From Carcharhinus amblyrhynchos (taxonomy: Eukaryota): a stretch of 64,000 bases of DNA. How positions within the stretch are numbered: the stretch's first letter is position 1; each line of letters begins with the position of its first letter. A program made the position numbers and the translations under genes. The DNA lies in assembly GCA_965287045.1 (NCBI GenBank), contig OZ336875.1:41788001-41852000 (forward strand), read 5' to 3'. The notes beneath the pieces are model-generated. The model made no database searches. It was given only the letters and a program-made list of their open reading frames with translations, and was not told the DNA's origin. This document shows positions 38,601 to 50,600 of this stretch, piece after piece.

Positions 38601-41600
38601 AGGCCCCACATTGCCTCCTGTCACATGGGGAATGTTGAGGTCACAGCCCCTACTTTGGTTACACTGCGGCTGTCCAAAGCTCAGGCAAGGAATGGAGCTG
38701 AATATTGGCTCCATTTTTAAATTGGGATAGCCTAAAAGGTGGATGTGTTCATTCATGGGCTCCATTATTGACTATGATCAGGAGATGTGTCTCTTGGTGC
38801 TCCCTATCTTAGCTGAAAAGCATAAACATAACCCATAAACCTAGCATCCTTGGTACATACTGGGGATAGCTGTGAGCGCCAATGTCACTGGACTAGTAAT
38901 CCAGAGGCCCAGACTAATGCTCTGGAAACATGGTAGCTGGTGGAATGTAAATTAAGTTAACAAAATCTGGCAGTACAGTGGCACAGTGGTTAGCACTGCT
39001 GTCTCACAGCACCAAGGGCTCCATGTTCAATTCCGACTTTGGGTAACAAACAGTGTGGAGTTTGCATATACTCCCCGTGTCTGCGTGGGCTTCCTCTGGG
39101 TGCTCTGGTTTCCTCTCACAGAACAAAGATGTGCAGGTTAGATTGATTGGCCGTAGTAAATTGCCTGTCTTAGGTCCCGAGATGTGTAGGTTCGGGGGAT
39201 TAGTGGGATAAATACGTGGATTTATGGTGCTTGGGCCTGGGTAAGATGTTCTGTTGGAGAGTCAATGCAGATACAATGGCCAGAACTCTACCACCTCGCC
39301 TGCCATGGAATCGGTGCGAATGAGGGTCCAACAACAGAAATCTCTGTTGACCTCCAGCAGGAATTTCTGGTCTTGCCCGAGCAAGGCTGTAAAATCCCGC
39401 CCAGTGAGCCTATTGGCCTCCTTCTGTACTATAAGGATTTTATGATCTCTAATTAGGGTCTAATCATAGTAATAGTAACCATGAAATAGTTGTCGATTTT
39501 CATTAAAAACTTATCTGGTTCACTAATATCCCTACAGGGAAAGAAATCTGCTATCCTTACCTAGTTTGGCCTATATTTGACTCCAAACCCAAAGCAATGT
39601 CCTTAACTCTTAATTATCTTCTGAAATGGTCTAGTAAGCCACTCAGTTCAAGGCTAATTAGGAATGACCAAAAAATGCTGGCTTTATCAGTGACACCCAC
39701 ATAGCATGTCAGAACAAAATGATTAGGCTCATATTACACACTTGCCCAAACAACAATATTCTGACTATTAAAACAAATAACATGTTGACATATACTAACA
39801 GCATGCACAAGGAATGCTGAAGCTGAAAATACCAGGCAATTCTGGAAAGTAGAAATTGGCTCGAATAAACTCGTTGAAAAATTGGTAGAACTGTAAACTC
39901 ACTCGTGCATCCCTAAATTTTAAAATTAAAAGTCAAATTGATTTTCTTACATTTAAATTTGATTGTAAAATCAGGCTGACCAGAAGAGAGGCAAGAAGCA
40001 GACTGAAAGGGAAAAGAAGAGGAAAATCCTAGCAGAGAGGCGCAAGCCACTCAACATTGACCATCTTAATGAAGACAAGCTTAAGTGAGTACTTACAAAC
40101 GTGTCACTGTTTAATGTTTGATGAATGCATCCCTCTCTTTCGTACTTGCACTTTAAAGAAGTTAATGACCATATTAAAGGAAAATGTGTTAAGTTTTGGA
40201 CAAAGATTTTCACTGAACTCAGCTTTTGCATAACTTAATTGTTTGCATTCCCAAGACCACCATCATAATTAGTTAGTTCTCAATCAGTTTGTATCTTTAA
40301 AAATGAAACAAGATTTATATATATTCAGAAAGACAATAGTGGATCCTCATTTTATGGACTGTGTGATTATGAAGATCCACTTTCACAGATTTCATTAGAA
40401 ACACAAAAGGATTTACTGATAAGAAGAACAGTACAGCAGCCAAATGACTGCATTTAGTCCTCTATGTGTCCCCCTGAGGTAATTACCCACTCTGACTTGC
40501 AATTGGTCCCCTAAGCCAGGTGACCCTTTTCTGTTTTAATGCCCTTAAAGGGCATTCATCACAAAAATCATTGCATTTTACAGCACAGGAAGTGGTTCCT
40601 CACAGATATGCTGGGTCTCTGAAAGAGTTATCCACTTTACCTCAATTCTCTACCAAATTTAGAGGCATTAGGAAAGAAAGTATAGAGATATTGGCATGTG
40701 TGATGGGAGACATTTGGGGCCATAGTGCAGGGGTATTCAACCTGAGGTCTTGCATGGTCTGCAAAAGGAGTAGATTTTATGATTGTGGATGGCATGTTGT
40801 TGCAGTGATTAGCACTGCTACCTTGCAGTGCCAGGAACCGGGTTCAGTTCCTGACTCAGGTCACTGTGTAGAGTTTGCACATTCTCCCTTTATCTGTGTG
40901 GGTTTCCTCCAGGTGTTTCAGTTTTCTCCCACACTCCAAAGATGTGCTAAACTGCCCATTAGTGTCAGAGGTTTAGCAGGATAAATGTGCGCGGTTATGG
41001 GAATAGGATCTGGGTGGGATTGTTGTCACTGTAGGCTCCATGAGCCAAATGTACTCCTTCTGCACTGTAGGGATTCTATGATTATCCTTTTCAATTTCAA
41101 ACTTTCTTATTCAGCCTCCAATTCTGATTTTTTTTGTCTCTGATATTAACAAACTCAGGGTTTATCCCTCAGATCGGCCTTACTTTGAAACATCTTGAAA
41201 TGGATTTTGCTCTTTGAAACCACCAGAATTTGTGTGATGTAGGGATGGAAAGTAGAGGACAACTGGGCAATGATGCCTCCTGCTGCATTCCTAATCCTAA
41301 AAGCTTGATTTCCCTTTTACTCCACTGCAATTTGCTCCTCCCTCATATGTAAATGTAGTTGAGGCCTGGGGCCCGATCTAATTTCCCTCCATTCTGTCCT
41401 TCCAATACCAAGCTCTGTTTGAAGTTACCAATGTAAAACCAATACCTTGCTTTTTTAAACAATCAGGGAAAAAGCCAAGGAACTCCACGAATGGCTGTGC
41501 CACCTAGAATCTGAAAAATTTGATATGGGTGAGAAACTGAAGAGGCAGAAGTATGAGGTATGTACCCAATTTGTGAGCTGGTTCATTAAAGTTAATCATT

Positions 41601-44600
41601 TTAAAAAATTACTCATGGAGATGATGAAAGATACAGTTCCTCCTTGTTTCGATGTACATTGTTGATACTAAATACTATAACAGACTTTTTAAAACTTTTC
41701 ACTATGAGATAGGCATTGCACTTACGTGTGTTAAAAGCGAAAACACTAAATTGGAATTTAGTTGAACACATCACCTATATATTTCACTCGGTCCCTCTTG
41801 TAGCTTGTTCTCAGATTGTCAGCTCAATTCAATGCTTGAAATATACTCTTCAATTTCCAGTGCAATTGGATGAAGAATGCATACTTCAGTTGGAATGAAT
41901 GTATTTCCACTCAATAATTTGTGCTTCAATATTTTTAAATACAGTTATTTTAATCTATACCTGTAGTGCTCAGATTCACTTATGGTCCTCAGAGGATATG
42001 TTGCCTCAATGTCTCTGAGCTATTGCCCAAAGTATTCCCAATGGCACTCCTAGTTCTGAGGAAGGGTCACCTTGCTGAATGGTTAACAACTGCTTCTCTC
42101 CACAGATGCTGCAAGATCTACTGAGTGTTTTCAATATTTTCTGTTTTCAGGTCCGACTACATGATTTTGGTTTTGTGACTCTTGACAGTTTGTAACACGG
42201 ATCCATACAAATGCTAATTGATTTACACTACACAACAGACTCTTTGCTTCATGTATAAAGATTTACTTCATTGATTCTTGATTAGTAACTCCAAGCCTCC
42301 AAGCCCTTGAAGAGGTTTAGAATTCCTTTGGTTTCCAGTTAGCTGGGAGATCAGGAGTGCAGAGTCAGCGCTATAATGTATAGATGACATAATTTCTCCT
42401 GTATAGTTAATCAACTTTTGATAATAAATACAATCACTTGCTCCCATTTCTATTAAACACAAGAAATTAGGATTAATCAGTTAACAATGAATTGGTGTTT
42501 AATTTCTGACATGCGTTATTGTAGATCCTTAGAGCTGTATACATATTACTATAACAGAGTAATGTGAAACATTTTCAAGTTTTGAGGAACAATATTAAGT
42601 GAATGCTTTTACTTTATGTCTGTTGTGAATCATGGTAGATGGAGTTGAGATCACTGTGCATAAATACAGGGCTGAGAAAAGATATCTTCTAGAATTGTTA
42701 CAGTGCTGCCAGAAATTGCGTTTTGCATGGATACCAGTAATGTTACTGAACTTTTCATCGTCATTTCTCCATTTCAGATCTAGCAGTTAATAACGTTTCA
42801 AAAAGCAGTAAGTTAAACTATAAAACATCTTTAATGGACCACAGTAATCCTGTTTTAAAAGGGAATGAAATACAATTGATTAACTACTATATTTTCAAAC
42901 TTCTTGAAGAGCAAACTGTTCTTGATTACTGGAGCAGTGATTTGCCTAAGAGCAGACCCTCTGCCTATTTCTCCATGCCTGCAGTCTTCCTCTTTCCTCT
43001 TATATGGCTTGTAGGAGACTTCCACTTTCAATTTCAGGTTGTTTAACATCATCATTCTTTTCCACTCTTTTGGTCAACAGCCTTCTATTCTCCCCTCGAT
43101 TGCCTCCTTCAGCAAATTCCCTTGACTTAGTATATGGCCAATCCAACCTTGCTGCCATTTCTTGTTGACATTCATTAACAATCTTTCTTCTTCCACCATC
43201 CTGAGAATTTCTTTATTGTTCTTGTGTTCTCTCCAACTGACCTGCTCCATCCTTCTCCAGATCCATGTTTCATAACTTTCCAAATGTGGATTGTCAGCAA
43301 TTGCAATGGCATGTTCTAATATGTCTAGTAATCAGCATATCACGTGTTTAGCAGAGAATTCTTTGTTGGTCAGAAACACATGTTCGCATGTTAAAAAAGT
43401 GTGAATTGAAGAAAGGCCATTGAGCCCTTCAAGCTTGTTTCTGCAAAGCAAATACACGAGGATGAGTGGAAAAGCAAATTGCGTGGAAGGTGTGGAAAGT
43501 CTGCAGAGAGATCTGGATAGGCTGAGTGAGTGGGCGAAGCCCTGGCAGATGGAGTATAATGTTAGCAAATGTGAGGTTATCCACTTTGGTAGAAATAATA
43601 GTAGGAGGGATTAATATTTAAAAGACGAAAAGCTGCAGCATGCTACGGTGCAGAGGGACCTGGGGGTCCTTGTGCACGAGTCACAAAAACCCAATCTGCA
43701 GGTGCAGCAGGTGATCAAGAAGGCGAATGGAATGTTGGCCTTTATAGCGAGGGGGATAGAATATAAAAGCAGGGAGGTCTTGCTGCAACTGTACAGGGTA
43801 CAGGTGAGGCCGCAGCTGGAGTACCGTGTGCAGTTTTGGTCGCCGCAGCTGCGGAAGGATATATTGGCCTTGGAGGGAGTGCAGAGAAGGTTCACTAGGC
43901 TGATACTGGAGATGAGGGGCTTAGCTTATGAGGAGAGATTGAATAGACTGGGTCTGTACTCATTGGAATTTAGAAGGCTGAGGGGGGATCTTATAGAGAC
44001 ATATAAGATAATGAAGGGGATGGATAGGGTAGAGGTAGAGAGATTCTTCCCGCATAGAAAGGACAGCAGAACTGGAGTGCACAGCCTCAAGATAAGGGGG
44101 GGGCAGTTCAGATTGGAGTTGAGGAGGAACTTCTTCACTCAAAGGGTGGTGAGTCTCTGGAACTCTCTGCCCATTGAAGTGGTGGAGGCTACCTCGCTGA
44201 ATATATTTAAGTCATGGGTAGATAGGTTTCTGATAGACAAGGGAATTAAGGGTTATGGGAGAAAGCGGGAAAGTGGATCCACTTCAGATCAGCCATGATC
44301 TTGTTGAATGGTGGGGCAGGCTCGAAGGACTAGATGGCCTACTCCTGCTCCTATTTCTTATGTTCTTATGTATTCATCCTATCATGGATTCTGTGATACC
44401 CATGCCCAATGAATGATTTTAAAAAAGGATTTAGTCTCTTGCATTCATGTTCATACAAGTACTTCTTCTGCAAGAGTAAACAAGTGAAATCCCAAATAGT
44501 CATCCATTTCCTATTTCTCCTACTCCACCCTGAGCTACTGCCTTTCATAGACTGCAGCCTTGTCATCTCTGACACCACAGAAAGACTACGGAGCGAATTT

Positions 44601-47600
44601 TTCCATTCCGCCTACCACAGGAATCATAGTGGGTGAGGGGCAGACCATGGAAAAGCCCATTGGCCTTGGGTGGGATTTTCCGGTTTTGGGGTGAGCGCAG
44701 CCAGAAAATCCAGCTTTACAATGTTCAATTGAGTGCCAGATCATTTTAATCTATACTTTTATAATTTCCAACGTCTCTCCAGCCTCTTTATGAAAGACAT
44801 ACTTGCTTTTAAAATTAATTGCTTTTAAAAAGCTGGCTAACACTTTTGTTACTCTGGGGAGAAAAGGCCAAGTTATCTCATCTGACCTGAGGCTTTTTCT
44901 CCTGTTTAGTGCAGTGCTGAACTCCGAAGCACTGATTGAATAGTACTCATGGGACTCTGCCTATACTGTACTGAAGACTGAAGCAGAACAAACTAATTGA
45001 AGAATCCCAACTGGAATGTCATCTTTCAGAATTCTACATCCCCAATTGCCCTGATACAAATATGTACAAGTAGCCATTATAAATGGACGATCCCTTGGAA
45101 CATGTAGTGAACTGATATGTTGTTCTTGTTGTCATTTGGCAAAAGAAGTAGAAAGACAGAGGTGGTGTTGTGTTAAATAAAACTGAACGGCCAGAACTCT
45201 ACCATCTCACCTGCCACAGAATCGGCGCAGAGGAGGGTCCGATAACAAAAATCTCTGTTGACCACGGTCTGGAATTTCCAGCCTTGCCTGAGCGAGACTG
45301 TAAAATCTCACCCAGTTTTTCTCTAGCAATCATGGTCAAATAGGATGTCAGAACTGCCAATGAGAGATTAAAGGAGATAACAAGCCTTGTCCCAATTTAG
45401 CACAATGTTTCACACATGCTGTGAAAATGAAAACATTATTAAAACATTACTATGTCTCATAATACATACTTAATATAAGCACAGAATTGCAAATGTTTCT
45501 GTTCAGGACAATATTTTTACAGAATATTCCACGTAATTTTAAACTTGACATTTTCAAAAAGCACATTGTACAGGTTACTTCCTGACCTCATCCATGATTT
45601 TATTGTTCCACTGAAATGCATATTGCTGTATTTCTTTTAGATAACATCACTGCGTAAAAGATTGGAGCTGCTGGCTAAGTTGTAAGTACTAAACAGAGTC
45701 ATTGTTAGCGCTGCAGCTATAAGGGTCCTGCCTGAAATATGCATGGGCCGGCTGCATGGTAAGCCAAGGAACCATCAAACATCCAGAGAGGAGGTAGCAG
45801 GTAAAAATTCTGCTTAAAACCCAGGATTTTACTTTTAACTTCATCCAAGTGAAACTGACCACCCAGTGACAAAACCAATGATCCCTTTGCTATCTATTTG
45901 ACTTTATCACTACTCATTGAGTTCAAAATGCTTCTCTCTCACTTAATTTCAACAGGACTATTTTACTGATCATCTGATCAAACTGTGTTTGGCCAGTCCA
46001 TTTCATTACAAGAATGCAATTACCATTGAAAAATAATCCAATGCTAGAACCCTTTTGGATTAAGGTAATAGGTAGCACCAGCCATGGCATTATTTACCTT
46101 ACAACAGGAATTCCCTTCATTGTTCTCTAACTTATTTTAATCTTAAGTGTGCATGAAGGGAATAGACCTGGTCTTTTTCAATTTGGACAATATTCATAAA
46201 TATTGCACAATATTTGTGAAATTCTAACAATTTGCACCAGTTAAGGGACTTTTTAGTTGCTTCGAAAATATTAAACAGTTATTGTCAGGGACATCTGTTT
46301 TGTCATTATTGCGATACAAAAAGCATTTAGCAAAATTTACTTAAAATGCATTCACCCATTATTTAGGTAATAGGTCACAATTAATTATATTTAAAAATTA
46401 AAGCACCTTTTCAACAAAAAATATTTTGTTTCCTCCTAAGCCATTAGTTGTGGTGCGCTTAGTATGTGATATTTGACCCCTTTACAAAACAATAGTACAG
46501 ATGTTTTTCTTTACTCCTGCCTTGTAGATCCAATATATTTTTAAACATTTAATTGGTCTCCAGTTTAACCTGCTGCCTCTTCAAAAAGCTTTCAGGCTAG
46601 CTGCAACAGTCCAGTACAGTTCCTGAGCCAGGTCTACAGGCTGTCATAAGTCTGGAGACCTCCACTTTTCCTAGAGTGCCTTCCTGCAGGATTGAAGCAG
46701 GAACAAGAAGAAGACCCAGTAAGTGTCAGTCTTGATGTACGCAATATGCAATTTTCAAAATTTTATCTGACAGGTCACTCTGTGGCTTTCCTTGAGCACT
46801 TCCACAGGAACCAGACATTCAGCAGTTAAGTGGTCCAAACCTCCAACCGCAGGTAACTGTGTCAGTCTTCAGCGAAATGTACTAATGAGCATATGTTATT
46901 TACAGATTACTACAGCCAGAAATCGCATTGATGAACTTCAGAAGCAGTAAGTACATTGCTATCCATTTTCCCAGCAAAAGGAACATAGGCACATGTCCAT
47001 CTAATTTATCTACTGTGGACAAAGCTAACAGAAATTCAATTCAAACAGGCATGGCACAGAGCTGCAAGTGAAAATAATTTGTGCATTGATATCCGGAATT
47101 GTGATCATTCATTAATCATCTAGTGCCTGGTGGAATTCAATTTCTTTTTTATGAAATGCACACCCTAGTGTTCGAAACGTTTAAAGAAATGTCAGTCTCC
47201 ACACAACTGGGCTGGCTACCAGCAAAACCGGTCCTTCTTAATTCAAAGATTTGTTGGGGACTTAAGATAACTTGTAGATCAAACATCTTACTTGCATTAG
47301 ACCATCCTACAAACAGTAGAGACACTTAACAACCAATTCCTCCTGTCTTTTCAGTCTTGGTGATAACCTAAACTATGATTCCTTCTAGCAGTCTCAACAT
47401 GCAAAATTGGTTTAGTTTGAGAAAGTCTAGAAAGAAAAAAACTAATGCAATCAAATTTTTGAGGGACCATGTTGCTAATCTGCCAAAAAAGGCCATTTGA
47501 TCAGGTCTTGTGTCCAATAATAGTGAATGTCAGCAGAGTGCTGGAATGCTACATTTGTAATGGATATGTGTTTTTTTCAGTGTAGATTATATGATCCCTC

Positions 47601-50600
47601 TCAAAAGGCTACATTTCCCTTTTGGGGTACGAGGCAATGCAGGCAAGAAAGGTCCAGATATGATCCCTGCTCTGTCCTGAGATAACTTGGCATAATTCAC
47701 AAAGTTGTCGGGTATTACAGTTGTATCTGATGTTCTTGGGCTTGGGATGAAAGAACGCCACTGCAGTTCCTGCCTGCTATTTGGCGACAGTAATGGAAAT
47801 TTAGTAGTCATCTGTTGAGGATAGGATTGAGCACAGCTGTAATGCCCCTCAGAGTCGAATAGTCTGCCAACACTCGGCACTTAGAGTCATGTAAGGGATG
47901 GTTTAAAGTACTGCAGAACTTTGTATTTATCCGTAACTGTGTCTCTACACCTACCATCATCTTCAAGTTCCATTTCACTTTTGATACTTTATAAACAAAA
48001 ACTGGACTGGTTTGAAATCCAGTTGTATGGAAACTTCATTATCTTTAACCAAACTAAATGATTTCCTGTTTAGTTTAAATCCCATATTGACATATGACAT
48101 GCTGGTATGTTCCTTTTTGTTTAATCCCTCTTTCATTTCACTTAGTACCCTCATTTCCTCTATAGGGTATTCTCTTAACTTGTGCAGAGTACTAATTGGA
48201 TACTGAGTACTGTCTAACTTCATGTTGTCTTTATGGGGCCTGACAAACCGTGGCACAGAGCATTGTGAATAAATCCCATACACGCACTTTCTTTAAACCT
48301 TTCTCCAGTGTAATCACAGAGTGAAAGCTGCACATATACTTGTAGAAAGAACACACTTGTTTTTAGTTTACTATAACTGGATTGAACTTTTTCTTTAAAG
48401 AAAACTGTTTCTGAAAATAGGGAAGGCGAAATCTTACAGCACTTCAAAGACATTTTACATGTATTTTTGTTGCAAAGAATGAAATATTGGTAAGAATTTT
48501 AAGTCAAAGTAAGATTGTATAATCCCAAACAGTTGTTACTTGATGAGTTGTTTCTTGTGTGAATATGGTTCAGTAATTCTGTACTGATTGCTTCACAAAT
48601 TTAACTCGTTTATTCACAACTAGTGTATTAAGTCTTTAACATCTACCAGTGCAAATAGCATCCTTAAAAACCAACTTGAATAATTAAATATTTTTCTTGA
48701 GAATGAAGACTGAATATTAAAATGCATTCACCTGGAATGATGGCATGACTACAATGCCCTCTTGGATGACAATTGTCAACTGCTTGAATATGGCAAATTG
48801 GCCAAGTCTCCATAATGAAATAGTTGTTTGGAATGCTTACCAGCCAAAAATTGTTAAGTGTAACAAGGTTTAGGTTATTGGTGTATCAAAAAAAGCTGTT
48901 GACTGGACCAAGTTAGAATCAAGTCCTCTTTATGGGCCTTGTTGTTAATAATACTGTGTGGTATCATACTTTGAGCACTCACCTATTTTAAGTTGTCCAC
49001 AATGCTTTGTGCCAGGATTCTTTCATTTGTGCGACTACTTCTACTGTTTGTTCAACTACATGGTGCCCTGTCTGTGTTCATGTTGTATGATTGATGCATC
49101 ATGGATAATAACCTGCACCCAAAGATTTTGGTTAAAGATTCTTCTTAACAGTTGACACAAAGTGGGGATCTTGAGGAATCTTTTACAAACATGACCTGAA
49201 TGACAGACTCTCTGGTATTTATTGTAGTTTACAGAGCAATAAATTCCAGTGTTTAAATAAACCACCCTTGATTCCCAACAGGGATCGAACATTAGGAAAT
49301 GGGCTGGACTGCACGATACGTAAAGAAATCATTTCTTCATGAGTTAAATTAAGAAAACAATTTTGCTTTTGTTCATTTTAAAGTTATACGTGAAGTGTTT
49401 CCACAGGGATATTTCAATTGGTGCTGTACAAAATTCCTATTAGGATTATCAGAATCGCAACTAAATTGAAAGATCAACACTTATTGGGAAGATATCTGTG
49501 GTGAATCAGGACGAAGTCTTAAAGTAAGGTCCTCCTTAGTAGCACTTATTTTTACATTTAATTCCATTATGGTTTTTTTATAATACTCGGGAGATGGGCT
49601 GTAGGCCAACTCACCTGGTACTCAATGTAAGTAATTTGTTAATCTACATTAAAGGCTGCCAAGGCTAAGAATGGTATGTAAAGCATGTCTTTCTCCTTCA
49701 ATTACATATCCATGCTGGCATGCTAACTTTTAGGTTTTAGATGCAAAGAATAGCATGCAAAATTTGAAAATAAGGCTTAGAAAGAGTATTGAAGCCTAGG
49801 GTTATTCAGGTAAGTGAAATAAAAAGGATGCATGACATGCATTTTACTTTGGTCAAGTTCGACCATTCTTCAATCTGTTGAATTTCCTTTTATTATTAAT
49901 GCTCTGCCTTTCAAATGCTGCTAACACTGTGACTGTACCAGGACAAGCGGCAGGCTGGTAGGTAGCGGCTTCCCTAATCTCTGTCATCTTGCTTTCTTCC
50001 AAGATGTACAAGAAAGATTCCTAGAGTGACATTGGCATGAATGTATTTAGAAACATGGGAATAGAAATAGGCCACTCATACCGTTTGAACTGTTCTCCGT
50101 TCCACTACAGATCTCATCTGATCTATAATTTAACTCCGTCTGTGCTTTGATTCTGCAACCCATGTTACCTTTTTCTGACAACTATTGATCAATTGCAGTT
50201 TTGAAATTTTCAATTGACCTAGTATCAATTGACCTACCATTTTGAGGGGAAAGATTCCAAATTTGTACAACCCCCTGTGTCTACCCCAGAATGGTCTAGC
50301 TCTGATTTTTAAGGATCTGTCCTTTGTTTAGCACTATCCGACAAAAGGTAAGTTTATCCATTCTATCAACTCCCTTAATCAACTTAAACACTTTGATTAG
50401 ATTACCTTTTAATCTTCCCCACTCAGGAGAATACAAATCTGCCTTTGCAATCTGACCTGACAATGAAGGCCTTTTAGCATCTGTCACCTCTGACTTTCCT
50501 TTATCCCCTCCCCCCCACCCCGTCCCACCACCATCCCTACCCCACCATTTCTACTTCCCCAGAGCAATTTTTCCAAAGCCATTGGTCACAAATCAGAATT

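Noticed and set aside
43648-44298. Longest ORF (216 aa) as a host gene
   Set aside because: It is the C-terminal part of a CR1 LINE ORF2.
50004-50030. Acceptor ttcttccaag giving DVQERFLE* after the 16-nt candidate
   Set aside because: The intervening intron would be only ~46 nt, too short for vertebrate splicing.
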